From: Amoebophrya sp. A120
Lineage: Eukaryota > Protista > Dinoflagellata
Length of the DNA: 64,000 nucleotides
Direction of reading: 5' to 3'
Assembly: GCA_905178155.1 (NCBI GenBank)
Contig: CAJINV010000004.1
Location: 2,916,460-2,980,459, forward strand
This document shows positions 50,901 to 61,785 of the stretch, piece by piece. Position numbers and translations under genes: made by a program. Below the pieces are notes generated by a model, which made no database searches, was not told the origin of the DNA, and saw nothing but the letters and a program-made list of their open reading frames with translations. Within the stretch, counting starts at the first letter, position 1. Every line of letters starts with the position of its first letter.

Positions 50901-51392
50901 TTTGCTGTCGTGAAGATTCCATGCTGGTACTGCAGTTCCAGTTGTTGTTCTTGTGCCGCAATCGTAACTTGTTTTCCTGGACAAAAATGAGGCGCCACCA
51001 CAACTGCTGAAGAAACTCTTGAAGAGCGTCGTCCTTCTCTTGCTACTTCCATCCACATCGAGAGGATGACCCGGCGAGTGCGTTCTGGCTTTGAAGATTT
51101 TTGTGCCGAAAAGCCCAAAGTTGTGACCTCCCTCGTCTTGTAGATCGTGACACTGGAGGTTCTGGCTCTGTTCGTCTTTCTCTCCTCCGCCTTCACTCGC
51201 TCCGTCCACGCGCGCAGACGGCTTCCTGAGTTTCGCAGCCTGCTTGTAGTTCTCTTTTTTCTTGGCTAAATTCTGGCATGTGCTAGCGCCTCCATCTGCG
51301 CGTTGCTCGAAAGCAGACACGTCGGCTTCGGCGTTTTTGTTGTGATTGCCGAGGACGCCACGTCTGCGAGGACCTGTGTTGCTGGTAACCAT
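44958..51392 (-). CDS. DPY19: DPY19-like protein C-mannosyltransferase with long C-terminal extension
   Basis: ESGFYYSFY, DERSEYPNNINALSRFNIYAEV, LRENWAQP, WQFTPFVLTLQ, AGSMSTLGALR, HPHYESEELRRR. Introners at 46982 and 45310 join the 1458-, 489- and 116-aa ORFs. Confidence 0.88.
45310..45562. mobile_element. Introner with 30-bp near-perfect TIR
   Basis: TCACG|TATCAAATGCAAAAATGTCTGGGTCTGGAA...TTCCAGACCCAGACATTTTTACATTTGATA|TCACG. Removal gives DVAVSLKDN. Confidence 0.93.
46982..47204. mobile_element. Introner, family B
   Basis: AAACT|TATGACAGGGCACAAC...GTTGTGCACTGTCATA|AAACT. Removal gives VDQFALVCR. Confidence 0.92.
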
Positions 51393-52499
51393 TACCTTTA
51401 TTCTTTTTGTAAAAGGTCAATCAAAATCACACGGATGCAAATCGTCACACAGAGACAGACATCAAAACGACTGCTGAACGGAGCCACCGCAATAAACTGG
51501 TCTTGGTTGTTCTTTTTGGTGCTGCCTCGTTCAAAAATAATCGTGACCCACAGTGGACGATGAGGTCTCACACTTGGCTTCATGATCGTGAACATACGAC
51601 CTGCAAATACAAAAATCATTTTTATTCAGAGGGGCTGGCTGCGAACAGCAAAAAGGGATCTTTTTCGCGCTGGCACCGGGCAGGACAACAAAAAATAGTG
51701 TTGCAGGGATCGAAAGATAACAAGGAAAGCGAGAGCAAGAGGATCCTCATATCAGCTCAGCGCATCATCACGACCGACCTCTTTGTCGACCCGACATGAT
51801 GTTGCAACAGAGCTAAGATCACGTCCGTTGTCCTTACACGCAAGAAATACAAGACAAAACACGAAACCTCCAGAGAAGGCGAACAAACCATACTATCTTC
51901 TAAGAAGATATCACATCCTTTTAATCATGATCGGCACACACACCGACACGCGAGTGTGCGAGATGCACGACATCTTGGAGTCTTATCTTTTTGAAGTACG
52001 TCTGCATCTGATGAGGTGAAGGTGACACAATTCAAAAGCGAAAGCCAAATGCAAATCACTATCACATTCTTCATGCTATTGGCAATTTTAGACGACGTTC
52101 ATTTAAGATTCAAGGTCTGAGCCAGGTAAGGGCAAACGGGAGGTTATTTACGACTACAACTACAGGTTCATTTTCATCTTGTAATGGCCGCGACACTTAC
52201 TTTGCGTCATGTTGGACACAGTTTATTTTTGCATATTCATCATACTTCCTATGTTACGTATTGTCCATTTTTGCTTTTGATTTTTCATTATCAAAGGGAT
52301 AAAGACATAAGTACGCTTCCCCTTTTTCTTCGTCTTATTCTGCTTACATCACGACGTAGAAGTCGTGTACTTGTACAAGAACGCGGCATTTGTTTGAAAA
52401 CGAATAGCACTGTTTCACTGTAGAATTCAGATGGATATTAAGAAAGTCGTACAAGAAGAAACCACCCAGCGCAACTTCTCAGGTGGAAGTGCATTGTAG

Positions 52500-52581
52500 C
52501 TGATCGTGACGAGTTTTTGTGTCGCTGCTACGATGCCGATGGTGTCTGATCGTGACGAGTTTTTGTGTCGCTGCTACGATG
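52500..52581. repeat. Two-copy ~35-bp direct repeat at a gene 3' end
   Basis: CTGATCGTGACGAGTTTTTGTGTCGCTGCTACGATG occurs twice. Confidence 0.85.
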
Positions 52582-54495
52582 GTTCTCGCTGACGTTCTTG
52601 CTCGCGGATGTTGACAGACCACTACCGCAAGAAGTTTCTCCACCGCCTCCCCCTTGGACACGCGCGGCGATGCTGGGCCGACGTCTTGCCCGACTAATTT
52701 TCTCATTCCTCCTCGGAGCACAGGCAATCAGTGAAAACTTGCACTGTTTTTTCTCGTTGTTCTTTCTCATCATTTTCATTGTCGTCTTGGCCGAAGCTGC
52801 TGTATCTGCTGTATCTGCAGCGTAATGTTGTAGTAGTGCTGCTCGTTCAACATCTACTGTCCCTCCCGCACGACGATCTTCGCCTTTCTTTTCTCGTCGA
52901 CTCTCCTGCTCCCGTCTGTCCCTCCGTTCCTGGAGCGCGGCCATTTGGTCCATTTTCGCGTAAAGCTTCCAGTTGTTCTTCCAGGTATTGCTTTTCTTTT
53001 TCATGCTTTTGGTTGGTTTTTTATGCCCGCCACCGGGGGCCGAAGATCTTTTCATTTTCTTGTTCTTAGTAACCGGAGACGAGCTTTTGCTTTTGCTTGC
53101 CTGGTTCACGAAGGTGTCGTACGTGAAAACCAACGGTCTGTTGACGCTGTCGTTGTTGTCGGTGCGCGGAATGCTGAAGAGGTTGCTAATCTCCATCATC
53201 TTTCTTCTTCTTTCCAGCGCGATTTGTGCTTTTTGTTCCCACGACTCGGTGGGGCTATAATTGAAGTATTGTTCCGAGGGTTCATCTACTTTACGGGGGC
53301 GTGGCGGGGGTTTGAAGGAGAAGTAGCTGGGAAGATAATTCTTTCCATCATGATGATCTACTCGACGGTGGTGGTCTTGTTCGTAGTCCTGCTCCTGCTT
53401 ATTCAGCATCCAGCTCATCTTCATCAAACTGTGGCGGGCGGTACTAGTAGGAGTTGATGTCCTGAGAGTTGCAAGTAGTTGTGCCCGTTCATGATCTGCT
53501 TTATCGTCTTCAGCGACCTCCGGGTCACGACGAAATAAACCACGAGCAGGCCGCCCCGGCTCCTCATCTTCAGGATCTGGTGTTGCAGCCAGTAGTGGAT
53601 CTTCGTCATCATCGTCTTGAAGATCATCTTCTACCTGCAGCTCGTCGACCACTGCCGTGCTGCTCTCAAAGGCTCGCCGCGCGTCCATCAGATCTTGCAT
53701 TCGGCGCTCGACAAAATCTTCCAGCTTTGTTTTACGTGCTTCATTTTTGACCTCGACCAGCACTGGATGTTGAACAAGCTGCTCCGAAGCAGGTTTAGTG
53801 TTTTTAACACTGCCTGTTGTTCTACTGGTCGCACCGGTGGTACTGCCGCTGGTGGTGTGTTGAAGATTATCATCTACTTTCCGACTGCTCGTTGTAGGTT
53901 TTGATTTGGACCGCTGCTTGGCGATTTCTTTTACTTTTTGCCTTGCTTTTAGGTACGTCGCCTTTTGTGTGGAAGATGTTTTTATCCTCGCCTTCGAAGC
54001 AGAGGTGGCATCATTCTCGTCCTGTTTCTTGTTCTTTGCAACAGAAGGCGGCCGTGAAGAGGAGCCCTCCTTCGTCGGGAAGTCACCAGGCTGTTCGGAT
54101 TTGATGGAGGTTCTTGCACTTGCTTTTGCATTTGCATTCGCGGGAGTTTTCTTGGCTGGCGTCGCTTTTCGACTGCCCTTGTTACTTTTTGACGGGTTGG
54201 TGGGAGTTGTCAACGCTTTTTTTCCAGAAGAGGCCGTGCTGCGTAGTGTCGTCGACGAGAAGGCTGGTGCGGCGGAATTAGAATTTTCAATTTTACCTCT
54301 ACTTCTGTGCTGCTCCTTGTTCGGTTCGTTCTCATTGTCGTTCTTCATCCCCTTTTTTTTACTTGCTGCAGGAACAGTTCCACGTCCACTTCGCTTCTTT
54401 GGGTCTTCTGGCTTCTTTACGGCCGCGACCCGAAAAACTACGCTCCAGCTGGCAAGTTCTGCCGCGGCGAGGACATGAACAAAGAGGCCCTTCAT
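52528..54495 (-). CDS. Hypothetical secreted Lys/Ser-rich protein
   Basis: 655-aa ORF with a signal-peptide-like N-terminus (MKGLFVHVLAAAELASWSVVFRVAA). Confidence 0.6.
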   Translation of the reverse strand: MKGLFVHVLAAAELASWSVVFRVAAVKKPEDPKKRSGRGTVPAASKKKGMKNDNENEPNKEQHRSRGKIENSNSAAPAFSSTTLRSTASSGKKALTTPTNPSKSNKGSRKATPAKKTPANANAKASARTSIKSEQPGDFPTKEGSSSRPPSVAKNKKQDENDATSASKARIKTSSTQKATYLKARQKVKEIAKQRSKSKPTTSSRKVDDNLQHTTSGSTTGATSRTTGSVKNTKPASEQLVQHPVLVEVKNEARKTKLEDFVERRMQDLMDARRAFESSTAVVDELQVEDDLQDDDDEDPLLAATPDPEDEEPGRPARGLFRRDPEVAEDDKADHERAQLLATLRTSTPTSTARHSLMKMSWMLNKQEQDYEQDHHRRVDHHDGKNYLPSYFSFKPPPRPRKVDEPSEQYFNYSPTESWEQKAQIALERRRKMMEISNLFSIPRTDNNDSVNRPLVFTYDTFVNQASKSKSSSPVTKNKKMKRSSAPGGGHKKPTKSMKKKSNTWKNNWKLYAKMDQMAALQERRDRREQESRREKKGEDRRAGGTVDVERAALLQHYAADTADTAASAKTTMKMMRKNNEKKQCKFSLIACAPRRNEKISRARRRPSIAARVQGGGGGETSCGSGLSTSASKNVSENHRSSDTKTRHDQTPSAS

Positions 54496-55241
54496 TTTTT
54501 TGGGCTACTCCCTGTGTAGAAATTTCTCGGTCGTATTTTTTTTTCTGACTGCGAGTTATTTCTGAAACCGATCAAGACGCAAAGTCTCAAGCTTTTTCCT
54601 ACCTAGCGACGGGGCGGCTCTCGGTCAACATTTTAGTGCGCCTGTTCAAAAGTGTAAAAATACTCTCGTCCAAATACTTTATCTTCCGAGGTTGTAGCGA
54701 ATTGGTGACGACGATAGTTGCTCCGAGTATGATGCTGATGGAACAATCGAATCGATCCCGATCGCGACTCCTCTGCCATGTTGAAAATAATGCACTTTCG
54801 GGCAGCAAGACATCCACAACCTAATTGACATGATCTTGTTCCGGGCGAGCAAATCCAAATTGACACAGAAAATACCAGTACTGCAACATAATACAAACAG
54901 AATCTGAAGACGGAAGAATATTCGCGCAAGAAAAAAACTCCAGAAAGACCAAACACAAGGCCGCCAACCACCAGTGGCTCTGGCTGGGGCTGCCGACGAA
55001 CTACTTAGGTACATGGCTAGTACCCGCAGTTTTTGTAGCAGTTTTTCTATGTTAGTACTACCAAGATGACTAGTTGAATGATGACACCTGAGGAGTGCCG
55101 TCGTGGTCTCTCTTTTCGAGAAACCCACTTCTCACCCGGCAAGAAGAGGAGGCGTTTACGTCTCTTCCACCAGGATAGTTTTTTTCTTCATTTCACATTC
55201 ACTACAAGAATCTAAGTACTCCACCGAGGAATTATATTAAT

Positions 55242-58200
55242 TTAGAAACGGTTCATCTCTACACTGCCAACTGAACAAATGGTGCCGGGGTCTTTCTTGT
55301 TCGTACTACTCATCTGCTCGAGTTGCGGTCGTTCTCCTTGTTCTTCATCTAGCAAGAACCCGTCTATGTCGACCGTTTCTTGGGAATTGATCCTGGTAAA
55401 AATATTCAGCTGGCTTCTACTTCGGGCTGCTCCTGCACTGTGTACTAGCTCCTCCAACGAAGCAGATCGTGCAGGCACCACCCGGCCCGAAACGTGCGAC
55501 ATCACCGTGGCCGACTCAGCAAGATCCTCAAGAACAGGATCATGCTCGTCCACTATTGTGCTGCCTTGCATCTGGATTTGCTGTTGATCTACTAATCCCG
55601 TCGGGTAGAAGTAGTTTCCGTTCCTCTGCAGTTCTCCTTCTTCCACCTCCGCCGAGCTTTTTTTCTTCCCTTCCAGTTTTTCCAGCCGCTGGCGCAGTTC
55701 GTCTACCTCGGCCTGCAAGTCATCGACGGGGTCCCCGAAAAACTCCGTCACAAACTCCCCGACGCAGGACGCCCGACGGATGCCCATGAACAGCAGAATG
55801 CAGGCGTAGACCACCATCACCTCCACATAGGGAAACGTCGCCAAGACGTTCGGCAAGGCGGTCTCCCAGGTCGGGCACTTCACCTTCTGCACCAGCCCAA
55901 TGCCGTGGCAGTCTGGCATGCGGGTCCTGCGGGGTTCTTGTTGTGGGTTGGAAGAACTAGTACCTGAAGCAGAAGCTGGAGATAAAGTCGAAAATGAATC
56001 ATCTCCATTTGAAGATGACTGTCGCCCCTGCTCCCCATGGTCTAGCCGCCTGCTTGTCGTACTACTAGAAGAAGTACTAGTTGAGGGGTAGACATAGGTT
56101 GTTGTAGCAGGTGGCACCCCGAGCAGCTTTTGCATTTCATAGGACTTGAATTCGTTCAGCACGTGGGTTGGTAGCCGCTCGGAGAAACAATCCTTCCCTT
56201 CGTTATACCAGGAATCGATCGCCCCATAAGACTCGCACGTCGGGCTCGGAACGGCGTTGATTATATCATCAACTCCCGGCGTCAACACATTGTTCTCGGA
56301 AAGAACAACAAAATCTTCTTGTGCCGTATTTTCTGTTTGATATCGGTCGGTATGCAGCTCGTGTTCGAACGGTTCCTCAGAAGGTGCGAAGGTGGTGCTG
56401 GTGGTCGCGGAGACTTTATTGTCTTGTTTGCTACCTTCGCTACTCGCCTCCGCCTCGTCGGTGATCCCCGAATAATTGGAGGCTCCGCCCAGCACTCCCG
56501 CCCTGCTTTCCCGTGCCTGTCGCGCCTCTGCATCCGTGGTGCAGTGAATTTGACAGAACAGCGTGCGATATCGAGCGCAAATACATATCTGGAGCAGGAA
56601 AAATGGAAAATTTGCTTTGCAATTCGCGGACCACGCACATCATGGTCATCTCGTCTGGAATGCACAAAAAATTTTGCGAGACCTTCTTGTTCATGATGCC
56701 TCTCCAGCAAGAGCAGCCTGCCTTTAAAAGCCTAGAAGAAATAAACGGACAGCAACTTTTGGGATTCGTGCAATACAGATCATGTGCTTTTTGTGAAGAT
56801 CGGAACTACTTCGGATGACAAGCCGCATCCTTCCAGACCCAGATCGATTTTTGCAGCGCATATGCGGAAATGCGTTTCGTCGTCGCCTTCGAACCAGAAA
56901 GGTTCCAGCATCCGCACCGAGCAAATGCTCCAGCCTTCGTGCGCCTGGCGGAAGTTGCCGTAATCTCCCGCGTTCATGCCACAGGCGCGGCCGACGTGGC
57001 TGTGCGGCGGGAGGTCACCGTGATCTACTTGTGGATTATTTTCATTTTCCGGAGGACCGTCTGTGTCTGTCGTGCTTGTATTGTCGATAGAAGTACTTGT
57101 TCTCTCAGACTGCTCTGTCTCGCCGCTACTAGTACCACCTGCAAGATCATTATCATTTTGCAAGGCCGCTGCATCAAGAACCAGTCGTGCGTCGATCGCG
57201 GAAGTGGTCGTGCTCGTGCTGGATGAGCTGGCTTGTTTCCCTACGGCGGAGGAGGGTAATTCAGCATGATGTAGCTGAGGATGGACACCAACATGATCAT
57301 GCGCTGTTGCACTTTCTACACTTTTGCTCGTGTGGTCCTCCGCGAGAATCCGCCTCCTGGTTCTGTGCCGAGTAAGAACCTGGCTTCTCGTTGCTTGCGC
57401 ATCTACTGCTTCGGCAGTCGTGGTACCAGGAACCGCCGAGGAACCCGGAGCCGGCGTCGTGCTACTACCGATGGAGAGCGTGCTGCTGCTCCCGTGGTAT
57501 CCGTAGATGGAAGAAGCGGTGGTGGTTCCCAAGAAAGCCAGTCCCGCCTCCATCTGGCAGGTTTGCATGTTCTGCATTGCAAAGCTATCGCACTAGCATA
57601 AATTGCATTACAAATTTTGGCAAGAAGACAAGCGGAATTTGTAATGGTGTTTTACCTTAGAAGGGAGATTGCAACTCGTACGAGCTGCACGATATTTTTG
57701 CACAGGATACATGTAGTGGCGGAACAAAACCAATACGCTCGAGCCGAGCGCGCCAACCAACGTGATCGCGAACGGCGCTAATTGCCACCACTTCAGAATT
57801 TTCGCCGCTTTCTGCTGCTTCAGTTGGTGGTGCATCCGGTAGGGCAGAAACGTCCCGAGCACCGAGAGAAACAGCCGGCTCAAGCATCCGATCGGCTTTT
57901 TCTGTTTTTTTCGTGTGGTTGATTTTGATGCATTTCTAGAGGTCGTCATATCGTCGTCGTGTTTTGCGTCCGAGGCTGCAGACGGGCCTTCCTCTATGAT
58001 CATACTGGAAGTGCTGGACCGTGAAAGGCCACGGCGCGGCCGCACAGAAAGCTGGCGACCTTTATCGGGGGATAATGATAAATTCTGGCAGTTTCTCCTA
58101 TTTTTACTGCTGCCTGAGCCTCGCTCGTCAACATCTGCAGGCGGTCTGCTGCTGGGTGGAATAGAGTGAAAAGACGACGCGGCAAGAGCCGTGTGCTGGA

Positions 58201-58318
58201 AACTAGCGCTGCGACTGGGTACGGCAGAGGCGAAAGATGCTGCGCCACCACTATTCGGTCGTCCCGAATTAGCGTTGGTTCTTGACCTCGACGATGACAA
58301 CATCTTTTTCTTTGCCAA
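55242..58318 (-). CDS. Hypothetical two-TM membrane protein
   Basis: ORFs of 236, 265 and 417 aa are joined by the introner at 57571 and an intron at about 56590-56808. TM-like segments APFAITLVGALGSSVLVLF and YVEVMVVYACILLFMG. Confidence 0.65.
57571..57709. mobile_element. Introner, family A, reverse orientation
   Basis: CATGT|TCTGCATTGCAAAGCTATCG...CGATATTTTTGCACAGGATA|CATGT; the left TA is mutated to TC. Removal gives RHYMQTCQ. Confidence 0.85.
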
Positions 58319-59269
58319 GTTCCTCTAATTAGGTGAAAGACTCAACAAAAGGATCCGCCTGATGAAGATGTAGATGATTGCAGATCGGTCTTCACGGAAC
58401 ACCGGGCACTGAAGAAGATGACCGAGGGTCATTTTTTTTCCTGGACGATGCAACAACTGGACGTCGAACGATGACTGTCATTTCCATTTCCACCGAACAG
58501 CCCACAAACTAATAGGTAGCCAGAAGGAACCGGAGGATCAGGATGTGGATGAACTACATCAAAAAGAAAAACAAAGTGGTTGACCACACACACGAAACCG
58601 ATCCAGGACCAATGCGTACACTACCGATGGAAAGCTCAGTCGTTGTCGTAAGCCTTCTGTTACACTCTTCGTCTTCCACGGTCAAAGCCAGTTTCAGCTT
58701 CAGGCCGCATAGCTGCGTCTTGCTTTCGTTTTTGTTTTTTACTTCTACTGAAAAAGATAAAATATCTGCGCGTGCGTCGGTAGTACTTTTTTTGGTAAAC
58801 ATAGGTTTCAAAGTCTGCGACTGCAACTTTAGCGTGAGAAGTGCCGATCCGATGGCGATGTCCTTCCCTCCATACTCGTAGCCGGCTCCCGCTCCGGCAC
58901 CAAAAATTACTATATTTTCCCTATCCACAACATCCTTGTTAAGGTTATTTCACCAGCAGGAGCATGCTACCACAAACGGTCTACTCATCGCCTGTTCGCT
59001 CGTTGCAACGACAACAGGAAGTTGTAGATCACGCTTGTAATAACACCTGCAACATTTTTGTTTCACCACAATTTCAAGGCCTTAACAACTGGCGCTGTTG
59101 AAAATGATGCGTCGCGCAGGCTGACGCTGAGCATTCTCGACGAATGGACGAGAAAGCTGCAGCGTCAAGCACAAAACAAAAGGTCAAAGTAGAGTGACTA
59201 GAAAAGGAGTTCGAGGTTTGATCTGAATTAAATCAGATCGCTTTGCTTTTGGTCGTCGTGGTCTAAAAA

Positions 59270-61530
59270 AAGCATTGGCTGCTTCACAGCAAGAAATACT
59301 TCTAGGTTGCGGTCTTGTGTTTCCTTGTTCCATTACACAAATGGTCCCTGCTACACAATATACTTTTTTGGACTATACTTTTTTACGTTCGTTTTCACAA
59401 ACATCTTCCCTGTTGCAAATGATCCTCTGTACGAGGCGGCTCAAAATATCTTGCTTTTCTTGTTGACCAATACAAGCTTTTATTTTTGAGCCAACGTCGT
59501 CGGGATAGCGCTGACGTTCTTACCTGGTGCAATTTGAGTTTGTTCTTGTTGTGCTGTTCTACTTCGAATTATTTATTGTTACTTTCATCTGACAGCTCCC
59601 GCACCAAATACAAGCGATTTTGGATAAATCATCTGGCCCGTTTCTGTCTGTGCAATGGCGCGCTTAAATTTCAATGAAGTGGATCAGTGGCCACAAATAG
59701 AAATTTTACTTTTTAGTTTACAACCCCTTGCGTCGTCCTCCGAGTGGAAAACCGATCACAAAGAGGAAAGTTAAATACGGCCATAATTCCTGTGCATTTG
59801 CCACATTTTTGCTCAATGCTCCTGTACAACAGAAATTCTTTGCTGCAGTACAGAGCGCCGCGCGCAGACGCGCTGGCGCCATCAAAAAACAAAATGAAAA
59901 CAAACAGATACTATCAAGATATTGAAAACAAATCTGATACAAGAAGATTAGAAGCGTTACCTGCCAGATTCGATACCAAAACTGTACTTTTTTTCTTGTT
60001 CATCCCATGCCCATCGACAGAGTTGTGAGCTAATCATATGACAAGGTTATTGGTCGTTCTTAACGTAAGAAAGACGCACTACCCGTTTCAATAGAGCGGT
60101 ATAATCCTCGAAGTGACATTCGTTCCAACACTTCGAGCCGTGTTTATACTGCTATTCTTGTTGACCCATTGTGATTGTTCGAACTGCAATATTAAAGCTC
60201 GCGGACTAGTTAAACATCTCCCTTCTATACTGTACTTCTATTTCTAATAACCTGTGCAAACTGATAAAGGTTTTTTTCGTGTTCGTTCGAGTTTTTGTTC
60301 AGCGTAATAAGCGAAAGCGAAACGGAAACATGATATTCTTCAACACTGGCGACAGCACGACTTCCCACCGCTGCTACAATTGCCGACGTGCTCGCCTATT
60401 TTTGCTGTTTGCTAGTCTGGAAAAAGTATTCTTCAAATTTTTGCAATTGGTAGAATGAAGTTCAAATGTACTGGAAAAAAGGTTCATCTTCTCCCGCGAA
60501 AGTGTAACAGTTCAAGTTGAAGTTTTATTTCATCCGAACAAGAAGTTTCAAAACAATAAAGAAGCTCAGCTGCGGGTTGTGCTTTAGATATTTACGAAAA
60601 GTTTATTGGCCTGACGTAAGTAAAGCTCTCATACTGGTTGAAGATTTGTGTCCTTGCGTAAATTTTTCTACTGTAGCGACTTGTTTTGGTCGTGTTGCAA
60701 ATTTTAGTTCAAGCTGCGCGATCAGCTATAGCTTTTTCTTTGAGTTCTTCTCTTCCAGCTTCTAAACTGTCTACTCATCAGGTTTGATGTTTGCTGTAGT
60801 TGTTTTCTTAATTTGTTGTGTTTCTCTGCCATAAAGTAGATGGTGCTTTTTCTAGTATGCGATTTTTACGCCTTCATCTGGATTGATTGATGAGTTGTTA
60901 TTTTTGTTGCGTAATTTTTATCTCCTATTGAAACTCCTTCTGAAGCCTTTAGTCTATAATCTGCCGTCGATGTGCGACGGCACCTTCCTGGAACGGCTAC
61001 GCAGTGACCTCCATACTAGCGCCGTGCCCATTAGCTGTGGCGCCAGCGTCGGAATGCCCGTAATTGTCTTGTAGCCAGCGACGCATCTCCTCGGTTTTGT
61101 ACCGGAATTGACCTGTTCAGAATCATTTTGGAAATACTTATAGAAGCGCCCTGCAATGTTTCGTCTTTAGTTGTCATGCATTTCTTATTAGTACTATACC
61201 TATGCGTATGCGTTAAACCTAAAGGGCACTGCTGGAGAATATGAATAAGTAAATTTGTATTCATTGCCTACAAGAACCAACCTCTTCCAAAACAAAGCAT
61301 GATCAATCTATACGATTCGAGTCTTTCATTGTGGGTGTGGACGGATGGTGGCCTTCCTCGCGCCGTTCCTTGGGTACGTCAGCCAGGTAGAGCTTGTACT
61401 CCGGGAGGTTTTTCAGGGTCTTTGCGAGCCTCTCCGTGCGCTTTTTGTCTTGCGCTTCTTGGTTCAGTTTCTGCTGTTCCTCATCGATCGGCTCAGATAC
61501 GGAGGACGCGGAAGAACGGGGATAATTGCC
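59270..61530 (-). pseudogene. AT-rich degenerate coding relic
   Basis: Protein-like frames with many stops, e.g. EMRRWLQDNYGHSDAG...VTA*PFQEG...IID*RLQKEFQ*EIK. Confidence 0.35.
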
Positions 61531-61785
61531 TGATTTGTATAAATAAATTTTCGATCATACCATAACCATACGGCTACGGTTCCAGCACATTCAAGAACTT
61601 CATATCGCACTTGAATGAAGTAGCAACATCACGTTCACGGTGACAACATAACAAGAGAACAAATAAAAAGCGTTGGTCCACCAAGTTACTTGGACTTGCA
61701 CCACCAGATCTAGACTGAATGTCTACGTCAACACAATCAACTACGAGTGCAGCTGGCATCGTGGCTACAACACGCGCAGCGCAAA

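Noticed and set aside
59270-61530. Stop-codon reassignment, as reported for one Amoebophrya strain
   Set aside because: Recognisable genes here have long stop-free exons and end at normal stops. In-frame stops occur only in relic regions that also contain frameshifts.
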